A stretch of DNA of 64,000 bases from Bacilli bacterium (GTDB lineage: Bacteria; Bacillota_I; Bacilli_A; RFN20; CAG-826). Positions 53,338 to 62,279 of this stretch are shown piece by piece; positions within the stretch are counted from its first letter, which is position 1, and each line of letters begins with the position of its first letter. The position numbers were made by a program, and so were the translations under genes. The notes under the pieces were generated by a model. The model saw only the letters and a program-made list of their open reading frames with translations, was not told where the DNA came from and did not search any database. The stretch covers positions 10,286-74,285 of the forward strand of contig JAVWAV010000003.1 of NCBI GenBank assembly GCA_036649855.1. Direction: 5' to 3'.

Positions 53338-54260
53338 AATATTAACTCCGACAAAAAATGATCAATAATTTGAGATTCTTCAAATATACCACTCTTTACA
53401 CCTTGTTCTAATTTTAATAATAATTTTAATGCATATCTTAAATCTGCTTGACTATAAATGCCTTTTCTTCTTTGACATTGTCCTATTATAAATGGTGCTA
53501 GTCCTGTTGAATCTGTTGTTGGAGATACCACGGTTTCTACTATAAATTGACTTCTAAATGCTGTATAAAGTAATGAGATTAATTTGATATTACTTTCTTG
53601 TTGTAATTTTAATATGTTATATAATTCATACATTTTATTATTTGCAGTAAGAACTTTATCAATAAATTGAAATATTACATCTCTGTTTCCTGTATAAATT
53701 ACTCCTGTTGATATCAATTTTTGTAATGCTTCATCTTCTGAGATATTATTAGAACTAGATAATTGTTTTACTTTATCTAATTCTAATAAAAACTTTCCAT
53801 AATTATACCCACAAATTTCACCTAATTCTTTTATATGTTCTGGAGTTAACTTTGTGCTTGGAGCAACCATTTCTTTAAATGTCTTAAATTCCTGAGGATT
53901 ACATTCAACTATAAATTCTTTATTTTGAGTATAAAACTTTGTTCTTTTATCTACTTCATTCAAAACTACAACTAAAACATTATCTCCAATAATCTCATCA
54001 ATGTTTTCAAATATTTTTTCACAACTGGATAAATCTTTTGAATACTTCAAAATAAATATTCTATTACTAGAAAATATTGCATCACCTCTGCATAATGGAA
54101 TAAAATTACTTAAATCATTAAGAGGATATTTTTCTAAGTTAAAGAATTTTGAAATGTTATCTATGTATATATTTGCAATAGCATAGTCAGAACCTACAAA
54201 CACTAATAATTTAGGTTTTTCTTTTCGCTTTATCATATTCTGTATTTCAAATAGTTCCAT
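53334..54260 (-). CDS. clamp-loader delta-like subunit
   Basis: 308 aa, translationally coupled downstream of the delta'-like and DnaX genes. Call is mostly positional. Confidence 0.45.
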   Translation of the reverse strand: MELFEIQNMIKRKEKPKLLVFVGSDYAIANIYIDNISKFFNLEKYPLNDLSNFIPLCRGDAIFSSNRIFILKYSKDLSSCEKIFENIDEIIGDNVLVVVLNEVDKRTKFYTQNKEFIVECNPQEFKTFKEMVAPSTKLTPEHIKELGEICGYNYGKFLLELDKVKQLSSSNNISEDEALQKLISTGVIYTGNRDVIFQFIDKVLTANNKMYELYNILKLQQESNIKLISLLYTAFRSQFIVETVVSPTTDSTGLAPFIIGQCQRRKGIYSQADLRYALKLLLKLEQGVKSGIFEESQIIDHFLSELIL

Positions 54261-55044
54261 TCTTTATACCTCTTATATTTAATAGCAAATTGTCTAAAAT
54301 ATAATTCTTATTGTATTTTAATTGAATACTTCTCTTTGCTTCCATAATTTCATAATATATCTTTAATTTTTCATGACTAGTTTCTGAATCTCCATTTAAT
54401 TTCATTAAATAATTTATAAATAAATCTAAGTCATATCCGTTGGATTCTTCTTTTAATTTAATTTTATTTGTGACTTTTAATAAATTACCTGCAGAAGCAT
54501 TCTTTATATTTTCCCAAACTCTTTTAGTAAATTCTTTGAATTCTTCAATATTCAAATTCTCAGACTTTTCGATATCACCTGGAACATTACAAAATTCTAA
54601 ACAAGAACTATCCACATTCATCTCTTTTGATATTTCTAATAACTCTGCTTCTGAATAATCAGATAATTCGATGACTGTTCCTCTACCTAATATTGTTGGC
54701 AATATCACATCTCTTGTGCATGCTGTTAATATTATTCTTGCATTCCTAGGTGGTTCTTCACAAATTTTTAGAATTGAATTTTTTGCTCCAATTGACATTG
54801 CTTCAAATTCTGGAATACAGTATATAATTTCTTTATCTTGAGATTCCATTATAACTTTCAAATCTCTTATGTCATCAATTTTATTTCCCCAAATTAGACA
54901 TTGACACTTTAATTTATTTGCTATTTGTTTAGAAGCAGTCTTCTTTCCTATACCTACCTTACCGATCAATATCAAAAAAAGAGGTAATCTGTTATTTGAA
55001 ATAAATTCATCTATCTTTTTATTAAATTTATCTTGTCCTATCAT
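54247..55044 (-). CDS. clamp-loader delta'-like AAA+ subunit
   Basis: LILIGKVGIGKKT (P-loop-like) and SILKICEEPPRNARIILTA. Confidence 0.6.
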   Translation of the reverse strand: MIGQDKFNKKIDEFISNNRLPLFLILIGKVGIGKKTASKQIANKLKCQCLIWGNKIDDIRDLKVIMESQDKEIIYCIPEFEAMSIGAKNSILKICEEPPRNARIILTACTRDVILPTILGRGTVIELSDYSEAELLEISKEMNVDSSCLEFCNVPGDIEKSENLNIEEFKEFTKRVWENIKNASAGNLLKVTNKIKLKEESNGYDLDLFINYLMKLNGDSETSHEKLKIYYEIMEAKRSIQLKYNKNYILDNLLLNIRGIKNGTI

Positions 55045-55066
55045 CGTGATCTCCTCTTTTATTTTC

Positions 55067-57130
55067 TTACTCTCTACTTAATAATAATAGTTCTGTTTCT
55101 ACTACTGGTAATACCGAACTCTCGTATTTTATTTTACTATTTAACTCATTTATCTTCTCAAGTAAATTCTTTAATACAGCATTATCAGAACCATTTGTTC
55201 TATTTAACTGTTCTGAATATATTTTTGGAATTGATATATAATCAAAGTTATTAAATAATTTATATTTACATAAATCTGATAGAAAATTAGTAAAACTCCT
55301 AATAAATAATTTTAAGTCTTTTCCTGCTTGATATAATTCTTCAATAATTTGAATTACTTTTTCTTCTTCACAGTTATATATTGCAAAGAATAAATTAAAT
55401 AATACATCATAATCTACACTTCCTAAAATCTTAACTGCGTCTTCTAATGTTACATTATGCTTTAGACTTAAACATTTATCTAACATAGATACTGCATCTC
55501 TCATTCCACCACTTGCTAATTTTGCAATATAATCAGAAACATCTGTTGGAACAGAAATATCTGGATTCAATTCTACTTCTTTATTAATAATATAATTTAT
55601 TCTATTGAATATTCCAGAATAGGATATTCTAGTTAAATCAAATCTCTGAACTCTATTAATTATAGTTGCAGGAATCTTTTGTGGATCTGTTGTGCAAAAT
55701 ATGAATATTGACTTTGCAGGTGGTTCTTCTAATGTTTTTAACATTGCATTCCAAGCATTAATACTCAGCATATGACAATTATGAACTAAGATATTATTAG
55801 CAAAATATGAGTTATGTCCCTCAACTTCTAAATCGTATAAGTAAGTAAATCCTTCTCTACTGTCTGTATCTGAGATATAACTTGAGAACAATTCATCATT
55901 ATATCCTCGTTTGTAAATCTCAACACTGTCCACCCTATACTCTTCAAAAATTCCGTCTTCTTTGTATCCTGCTGCAAACGATCTCTCAATTTGTGGGAAG
56001 CACCATCCACCTCTATCGCCAACTTTATCTCTCTCCATCCTAGGTCTACTTTGTAATTGGTAGGATACCCCGAGTCTCTGCTCATTTTCGTTGGTATTGC
56101 TAACTCTAATTCGTATTTCTGGTTCAACATCTTCCAAAGAGTTAACTGAGGTTTTGTATAACTCCCATTTCCACCTCTCACTGTAAAATAATGATTCCCA
56201 TTCTCCTTCCGAGTATTCTTCATTTTTTCCATTGTTTCTAGGTTGCTCATTGGATTCTTTAATTTCATTCGTTCTGATGTTTTCTTCCAAAAATCTCTCA
56301 TTTTCTGCGATGGTTCTCTCGTCCTTGATAATTCCAAACTTTGATTTCTCAATAATTGAGCGCATTCCTTTGAACAAGTCTGAACTGAAGAACTTATAGT
56401 AGTCTGGAATTCCTTTCCACAAATTTTGCAATTCTTCATCAATCTTCTCTTCATAGCATTTCTTGCTAATCTGATCTTTGCACATTCCTTTGAGCAACAT
56501 CTCTTTCCTGTGAACCAATAAAACACTTTTCCACAGTTTGTGCATATATTCTTTACTGTATACTTTTTCTCCATTTCTTAAATGTTGAGCCTCAACCCAA
56601 CCCTCCTCTGTAAAATATAACTCATCTACAGTAGTCAGAGTTGCCTTTCCATTAATTGTAACAATGCACAGTCTGGATATATCTACCTTGTTCTTAAAAG
56701 TATTATTTACTCTGCCTAATCCACACAGATTTTCAACATAGTCTCCCACTTTGATTTCAGATATTTTTTTATATCCCTTATCTGTTGATATTAGAGTATC
56801 TTTATGAAAACATTCATCTACAATGAATACCTTATACTCTGCTTCAATTGACTGATAATTTGCTTTATCTATGATTGATCTCATATCTTCAACACCATTA
56901 TTTGATGCTGCATCCAATTCTGTTAATCCACCCTCACCATGATTTATTTCCTTCGTTAGAATTCTTCCTAGTGTCGTCTTTCCTGTTCCACTAGGACCAA
57001 CAAATAAATAACAATTTCTTATAGTGTTTGTTGCAATTTGATTTTTTAGTATTTCTACAACTTCCTTCTGCTCACTAACATCCTCAAATGAATGTGGTCT
57101 ATATTTTGTATATAATGGAATTACTGCCAT
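55067..57130 (-). CDS. dnaX: DNA polymerase III gamma/tau-like clamp loader ATPase interrupted by a 345-aa intein
   Basis: YRPHSFEDV..LFVGPSGTGKTT..VFIVDE|CFHKDTLIST ... NNILVHN|CHMLSINAWNAMLKTLEEPP. Confidence 0.85.
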   Translation of the reverse strand: MAVIPLYTKYRPHSFEDVSEQKEVVEILKNQIATNTIRNCYLFVGPSGTGKTTLGRILTKEINHGEGGLTELDAASNNGVEDMRSIIDKANYQSIEAEYKVFIVDECFHKDTLISTDKGYKKISEIKVGDYVENLCGLGRVNNTFKNKVDISRLCIVTINGKATLTTVDELYFTEEGWVEAQHLRNGEKVYSKEYMHKLWKSVLLVHRKEMLLKGMCKDQISKKCYEEKIDEELQNLWKGIPDYYKFFSSDLFKGMRSIIEKSKFGIIKDERTIAENERFLEENIRTNEIKESNEQPRNNGKNEEYSEGEWESLFYSERWKWELYKTSVNSLEDVEPEIRIRVSNTNENEQRLGVSYQLQSRPRMERDKVGDRGGWCFPQIERSFAAGYKEDGIFEEYRVDSVEIYKRGYNDELFSSYISDTDSREGFTYLYDLEVEGHNSYFANNILVHNCHMLSINAWNAMLKTLEEPPAKSIFIFCTTDPQKIPATIINRVQRFDLTRISYSGIFNRINYIINKEVELNPDISVPTDVSDYIAKLASGGMRDAVSMLDKCLSLKHNVTLEDAVKILGSVDYDVLFNLFFAIYNCEEEKVIQIIEELYQAGKDLKLFIRSFTNFLSDLCKYKLFNNFDYISIPKIYSEQLNRTNGSDNAVLKNLLEKINELNSKIKYESSVLPVVETELLLLSRE
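55778..56812 (-). mobile_element. intein in the DnaX Walker B/sensor region
   Basis: Starts with Cys after IVDE and ends with HN before Cys+1. The splicing blocks occupy only the first ~85 and last ~26 aa; the interior is E/K/R-rich. Confidence 0.8.
55828..56574 (-). CDS. Vsr/DUF559-like homing endonuclease ORF nested out of frame inside the DnaX intein
   Basis: Two zinc-ribbon units are present (CTNCGKVF..CSKECA; CKICGKEF..CSKECA). The C-terminal YKVDLGWREIKLAIEVDGASHK...LKSIGWTVLRFTNEDI is the DUF559/Vsr-type signature. Confidence 0.7.
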   Translation of the reverse strand: MEKKYTVKNICTNCGKVFYWFTGKRCCSKECAKIRLARNAMKRRLMKNCKICGKEFQTTISSSVQTCSKECAQLLRNQSLELSRTREPSQKMRDFWKKTSERMKLKNPMSNLETMEKMKNTRKENGNHYFTVRGGNGSYTKPQLTLWKMLNQKYELELAIPTKMSRDSGYPTNYKVDLGWREIKLAIEVDGASHKLRDRLQQDTKKTEFLKSIGWTVLRFTNEDIMMNCSQVISQIQTVEKDLLTYTI

Positions 57131-57159
57131 CTCTTTATTTCCTCCTAATTTATTGTTAT

Positions 57160-57510
57160 TTAATTATTATAATCCTCATTTATTTTATCACATAAATATT
57201 TCATTGTTTCCTTATCTATAACATAAAAATTATCTGTTCCTGGACCAAAATTAAATGCAAGTGAATAAAATAATTTATGCATTATTCTTGATTCTTTTTC
57301 TATCTTTTCTAAAACTTCTTTTTTAACTGAATATGAACTTTTCTCTGTTACACTTGTTTTGCATTCCACAAGTATTTTATTTAGTCTAACATCTCCCAAT
57401 GAAAATTGAGATGCTCCCGAACCACCTACTTGTTTCCCTCCAAGTTCTTTTGCTACTTTTCTTTCCTGAGCATTTGAATAATATTTTGTAGAATTCTTAT
57501 TTTGCGTCAT
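57160..57510 (-). CDS. PD-(D/E)XK nuclease-like protein (resolvase-like)
   Basis: ERKVAKELGG..GGSGAS..LGDV..ILVECKTS. Confidence 0.5.
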   Translation of the reverse strand: MTQNKNSTKYYSNAQERKVAKELGGKQVGGSGASQFSLGDVRLNKILVECKTSVTEKSSYSVKKEVLEKIEKESRIMHKLFYSLAFNFGPGTDNFYVIDKETMKYLCDKINEDYNN

Positions 57511-57760
57511 TTAATATTTCCTCTAAAACTTTCTTACATTCACTACATAGAACCACTTCTGTGTTATCTTTAGATGTATATCTCTTCACATCATTATGAA
57601 TTCCACATAAATTACATCTTATAGTAGGAACAGAAATTATTACTTTGCCATCTATTACTTCTGCAGTAACATCTATTCCACCCTGTAATTTCAATTCGTT
57701 TCTAATTTCTCTAGGTAAAGTTATTCTACCGTCACTTGAATACTTTAATAAGAATTTCAT
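57497..57760 (-). CDS. AbrB/SpoVT-domain protein with C-terminal zinc ribbon
   Basis: GRITLPREIRNELKLQGGIDV is SpoVT-AbrB-like; CNLCG...CSEC. Confidence 0.55.
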   Translation of the reverse strand: MKFLLKYSSDGRITLPREIRNELKLQGGIDVTAEVIDGKVIISVPTIRCNLCGIHNDVKRYTSKDNTEVVLCSECKKVLEEILNDAK

Positions 57761-58464
57761 TTTAATATCTCCTCTCTTTTGTTTTTCTTTTTCATACCTC
57801 TTGTATATCCTAATTTCAAATAAAATTCAAATTCACACTCCTGAACCATCTTGTCTACATTCCCATTATTGATGTGAATTCTTCCCTTAAGAGCATAATT
57901 TGTCTTTCCTGTGAGCGGATGGTTAATGCTTTGAAGTTGTCTAGAATGTCTAGAATGTTTCTTTCCATAAAATGGATTACCGAATATTTTAATTTGAATC
58001 TTGGTTGCAATACTGTTTTTTATTCTCTGCTCTTTTGAAATAATTTTACCCTTTTCAGAATTTGATATTTTTGTTTTCAATTCGTCTGATAAGTGCCCGC
58101 CTAATGCTGCGTCTCTTAAATTATAATTTTGATTTGAATTCACACCCCCGTAATAGTCTATCCAATATTGTTCTCGTTTCATCAAGTCTTCATCATTCAC
58201 ATTATCACATGTTTCTATTATTCTAAAGGCAAAATTCTCAATACCGTATTTGTTAAAAGCACTTTGTAAGTGTTTATTACAGTGACTGTTACTAAATAAC
58301 TCTTTTTGATGAGTATCTAGTCTTCTCGCAACATTTACACTCTGTCCTATGTATCGATTGCCATTTTTTAGATTACATATTTCATATATTCCTCTATGGC
58401 AATTCTTCTCAGAATAATTATAATTATCTTCTAATACGAACCATTCCATTAAATTCTTCCTCAC
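57757..58464 (-). CDS. GIY-YIG homing endonuclease with NUMOD3-like repeats
   Basis: GIYEICNLKNGNRYIGQSVNVARRLDTHQ...ENFAFRIIE; repeats GKIISKEQRIKNS and GKKHSRHSRQLQS. Confidence 0.8.
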   Translation of the reverse strand: MRKNLMEWFVLEDNYNYSEKNCHRGIYEICNLKNGNRYIGQSVNVARRLDTHQKELFSNSHCNKHLQSAFNKYGIENFAFRIIETCDNVNDEDLMKREQYWIDYYGGVNSNQNYNLRDAALGGHLSDELKTKISNSEKGKIISKEQRIKNSIATKIQIKIFGNPFYGKKHSRHSRQLQSINHPLTGKTNYALKGRIHINNGNVDKMVQECEFEFYLKLGYTRGMKKKNKREEILK

Positions 58465-58840
58465 TTATTTCTGTTAAATCGATTGTGGCTGATTTACTCA
58501 CATAACCTGTCCAGTGTTGTTTTCCGTCTATTGTATATAAGTTCATTTTTCGCATTCCTGGGGTCTCTGCTAGAATTTCTCCAGTCATATCTCTCTCAGG
58601 CATTGCTACTCCATTATTCCATCTCTGATGAAAATCTAAATTTCCAGAATCATTTGACATCCATGCTTTTACATAAATTCTAAACTTTGTCTGCTCACTT
58701 AAACATTTAGGTATTAATTCAATTTCAACCTCTTCAAAATTCATTTCTTCAATTTTATCAATATCTTCAGATGTTGCAGTTTTTCCATTTATGAATATTT
58801 TTCCCTCATAATTCTTTAGAAATTCAAATGTTCCCGACAT
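58424..58840 (-). CDS. hypothetical protein
   Basis: 138-aa ORF. Confidence 0.5.
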   Translation of the reverse strand: MSGTFEFLKNYEGKIFINGKTATSEDIDKIEEMNFEEVEIELIPKCLSEQTKFRIYVKAWMSNDSGNLDFHQRWNNGVAMPERDMTGEILAETPGMRKMNLYTIDGKQHWTGYVSKSATIDLTEISEEEFNGMVRIRR

Positions 58841-59508
58841 TATTTTTCCTCTCTTCTTTCATCTAAAAATGTTGCTTCCATATCTGCAATATTAGTAAAC
58901 ATAACAATTGGAAGAGATTCCATACACTGTAATGCTGTATCATCTTTCAATGGAGAATTTGGACACCCTGATGCTCCCATGTGATATACAATGGAACTAC
59001 AAACATTTAGTGATAATCCTGTTATAAATTGTTGAACTATAAACAATGATTTTTGTCCATGTCCTCCCATTTCAAACTTTGGAGAATATTTGTAATAAGG
59101 TTCTTTAATCCAATTTCCACTTGCATCTTTCGTATTTCTCATTTCTACTGTATATGTTTCTGCCTTACATAAATCATGACATAGTGCAATTAATGCTAAG
59201 TCTGCATTATCTACTCCTAAATTCTCTTCAACTTTATCTTTGTATTCGAAATCAACTATCTTCATTAATCTATCATACACATTAAGACTATGTTTTAATA
59301 ATCCATATTTACAACTTAAATGATACATTGTTGATGCAGGTGCAACAAAGAAGTCTGAATTTTCTATCCACTTCAGTAAATTATCTGCACCATTATACGC
59401 AGGGACTACTAATTCCTTAAATATTTTTATAAATCTATTCTTTAGTTCTATTCCTTCTGCATCTGTTATAATTGGTTTTTTATATTCCATTTTAATTCTC
59501 CTTAACAC
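58840..59508 (-). CDS. HD-domain phosphohydrolase
   Basis: YHLSCKYGLLKHSL...ALCHDLCK. Confidence 0.6.
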   Translation of the reverse strand: MLRRIKMEYKKPIITDAEGIELKNRFIKIFKELVVPAYNGADNLLKWIENSDFFVAPASTMYHLSCKYGLLKHSLNVYDRLMKIVDFEYKDKVEENLGVDNADLALIALCHDLCKAETYTVEMRNTKDASGNWIKEPYYKYSPKFEMGGHGQKSLFIVQQFITGLSLNVCSSIVYHMGASGCPNSPLKDDTALQCMESLPIVMFTNIADMEATFLDERREEK

Positions 59509-60523
59509 TCTCTAACATCTTATTATAAAGACTTTTATACTGATCCTCATTGTTCTTATAATATTCATATACCTTTGCAATACCATTCAATTTTGGAGTA
59601 ATCAGTTCTCCTGTTGAATAATCTATTAATTCATACCATGCTCCTGCACCTTTTATAAATCCGTGAGACACTGCAAAATCAATATTATCTTGAAAACTAT
59701 CAAATCCTGAAGCATATCTAAATGTCAAATCTGTTCTCTTCCTGTCATTAGTAGTTACTTTATTCTTTTCAACAATCACAATAATATGATGTCCTGCTGC
59801 ATCTGAATATCTACTGCATGTTGATCCTTTGTAATCAAAATATTCACATGTAGATAAATTAAGTCGAATACCACAATGATGCTTGAATGCTTTTCCACCT
59901 GGAGAATTTCCCTTTGAATATGAGTCATTAAAATCTTCTCTTAATTGGTTTATTGCTACGAATGTTATATTATTTTTACATCTCACTGAATTAAAATCAT
60001 TTACAAAATCTGTAAGAGGTGCTGCGATTCCACCCATAAGTTTTTCTTCAAATGAGTTCTTATCTTTTCTTGCTTTTGGAACAAGTGAACCAACTGAATC
60101 AAGAATTTCAAATCCAATTTCTCCTGTTTCTGAAAACTTCATAATAATATCAAATAATTTTTCAGCACATTCGTTTGACATAGGACGCCAAATAATTACT
60201 TTCGACATGTCTACTCCAAGAATTGTTGCCCATCTATCATCATGAGAAGTTTCATAATCAAATATAACTGCTTTTCGATCTTTGTTCTCTGGTTTCTTCT
60301 GCCAACAAGCAAGCATCTTATACGCTAATGCCGACTTCCCGCAAGATGGAGAACCATACAACTCATACATTACATTTTCTGGCATACCTCCTCTGAATAA
60401 ATATTCAAGATTTATATTATCCATAGGTATTCTAGATATATCTGAAAAATCAGGTTCTCCAAATCTTACTGAACCTTTACTCTCTTTACTTAAATCTGCA
60501 ATTACTTTTTCTAAATTACTCAT
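59492..60523 (-). CDS. RecA-family recombinase
   Basis: Walker A LYGSPSCGKSALA, Walker B FEILDSVGSLVP, and overall RecA/UvsX-like layout. Confidence 0.7.
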   Translation of the reverse strand: MSNLEKVIADLSKESKGSVRFGEPDFSDISRIPMDNINLEYLFRGGMPENVMYELYGSPSCGKSALAYKMLACWQKKPENKDRKAVIFDYETSHDDRWATILGVDMSKVIIWRPMSNECAEKLFDIIMKFSETGEIGFEILDSVGSLVPKARKDKNSFEEKLMGGIAAPLTDFVNDFNSVRCKNNITFVAINQLREDFNDSYSKGNSPGGKAFKHHCGIRLNLSTCEYFDYKGSTCSRYSDAAGHHIIVIVEKNKVTTNDRKRTDLTFRYASGFDSFQDNIDFAVSHGFIKGAGAWYELIDYSTGELITPKLNGIAKVYEYYKNNEDQYKSLYNKMLESVKEN

Positions 60524-61280
60524 TTACAATAATCCCCTTTATAGCATTAGTTGCCAACCTTAGTCCCTTATTCCAAGGTGCTTTTCCTAATTTTGGTTTA
60601 CGGATCTTTTCTTTTGTTTCTTCACTATGCTTATAATTACGAGGTATTGTTAATCTCCCTTTTACCCAACCTTCAGGAATTATATCAAATTTATAAATAT
60701 ACTTATTTATAAAACCATTGTTTATAACAATTTTATCTAAAACATTCTTCATATTTCTAGATAGTGCAGAATTTGTCATCTTTAATTTAGTTTCTTCAGT
60801 GTGATTCCATCCCTTATGTCTTCTACAAACTTCAGGGAATTTTGGATGTTTACCCTTACCTGAAATACCGATTTTTCTCTTATGGTCTTCTGTAAGCACT
60901 CTTCCTAACATCTTTTCTCTTAATTTTTGTTTAGTTTCTTCAGATAAATGTTTCCCCTTAAGTGATGATGGTCTCCCTGTAAGTGCAATTGAATTTAATT
61001 TTCTAGATCTAATATCTGCATTATTCCACTCTTCTTCAGTAAAATCTTCTCTTGCACATAATTTAGTCATCATAAATTGAGGAGTAGTTAGACATTTACC
61101 TGTTTCTTCTGCGTAAATTAAATGTGCTAAAAAATGATCTCTTACTGATAATTCTATTAAATTTGAAGCATCATCAGAACCTCCATCACATTTAGGTATT
61201 ATATGATGTATATGTGTATTCAAATTACTATAGTCTCGTTTACGACAATTTTCTAAGAATTCATAGTATTTACTAATCAT
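60516..61280 (-). CDS. HNH homing endonuclease with NUMOD3-like repeats
   Basis: HIHHIIPKCDGGSDDASNLIELSVRDHFLAH; repeats GRPSSLKGKHLSEETKQKL. Confidence 0.8.
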   Translation of the reverse strand: MISKYYEFLENCRKRDYSNLNTHIHHIIPKCDGGSDDASNLIELSVRDHFLAHLIYAEETGKCLTTPQFMMTKLCAREDFTEEEWNNADIRSRKLNSIALTGRPSSLKGKHLSEETKQKLREKMLGRVLTEDHKRKIGISGKGKHPKFPEVCRRHKGWNHTEETKLKMTNSALSRNMKNVLDKIVINNGFINKYIYKFDIIPEGWVKGRLTIPRNYKHSEETKEKIRKPKLGKAPWNKGLRLATNAIKGIIVNE

Positions 61281-61710
61281 TTACATCAACTCCCTTTATA
61301 GCATTGACGGCTAATTTATCTGCTATCTCATTATAATAATTTCCATGATGACCTCTTATATGTTTTGCTGTTACTTCATGAATCTGTTTTAATTTTATAA
61401 ATTCGTCCCATAAATCTATATTTGCTTTTTGAGAATACATTCCAGTATTAATCCAATCTGTCAACCACTCATTTATAGTTCTAACAACATATAAACTATC
61501 TGAAACAATTTCTACCTTACATGGTTCTTTAAGTCTTTTTAGAGCCTCTAATACTGCCTGTATTTCCATTCTACTATTAGTTGTATTATATTCTCTTCCA
61601 GATATTTTCTTAAAATGTCTGTTCTCGTAAATTAAAATTGCTCCCCATCCACCTGTCCAAGTATGATTTTGTGAACATGCTCCATCTGTGTATATTGTTA
61701 CTTCTTTCAT
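61273..61710 (-). CDS. rnhA: ribonuclease HI
   Basis: IYTDGAC...NSRMEIQAVLEAL...VSDSLYV...HIRGHHGNYYNEIADKLA. Confidence 0.85.
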   Translation of the reverse strand: MKEVTIYTDGACSQNHTWTGGWGAILIYENRHFKKISGREYNTTNSRMEIQAVLEALKRLKEPCKVEIVSDSLYVVRTINEWLTDWINTGMYSQKANIDLWDEFIKLKQIHEVTAKHIRGHHGNYYNEIADKLAVNAIKGVDVND

Positions 61711-62279
61711 CTACTGTCCTTCCTACTTAATTCCTTATCACTTATTCTGTTTGTAATAACTTTCTTTAGACTTTCCAATGTTGCAGAAGCATACTCCAAT
61801 CTTGCCTTTATCTTTCTATATGCCCTTGAATTTATTGCAGTAATAATAGACTCTTCTTGACTACCTAACTCTGCTGCACTCTCTTTTTCAAGAACCTTTC
61901 CTTCTGTCTTCATAAGTATATTATTATATTTTTCTTTTTCTGTTCCTCTTGCAATATCTTCTCTTAATCCTAAATCTTCTAGTTTACCTGAAGTAAAATA
62001 CATTCTTAATGGAAGTTGTAATATCATATATTCGATATCAACATCTGGAACATCTTTTGTTTTATCAGATACTAATGTATAAATATTTGTTATAAATTCA
62101 TCCAATTCTTTACAGTATTTATTTACTATAGAAGATACTATAGTGTCCAATTTTCTACTGTTTTCATCAACTCTTCCTACCTTTTTAATTAATTGTTCTA
62201 AATCAAGTTGATCTCCAATTATTAATTCACTCATAACTATTCTCCATATTTTAATTTTGGTAAACTTCCAACTATCCAA
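61707..62279 (-). CDS. hypothetical protein
   Basis: 190-aa ORF; the real start is probably the internal MSELIIG. Confidence 0.5.
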   Translation of the reverse strand: MDSWKFTKIKIWRIVMSELIIGDQLDLEQLIKKVGRVDENSRKLDTIVSSIVNKYCKELDEFITNIYTLVSDKTKDVPDVDIEYMILQLPLRMYFTSGKLEDLGLREDIARGTEKEKYNNILMKTEGKVLEKESAAELGSQEESIITAINSRAYRKIKARLEYASATLESLKKVITNRISDKELSRKDSR

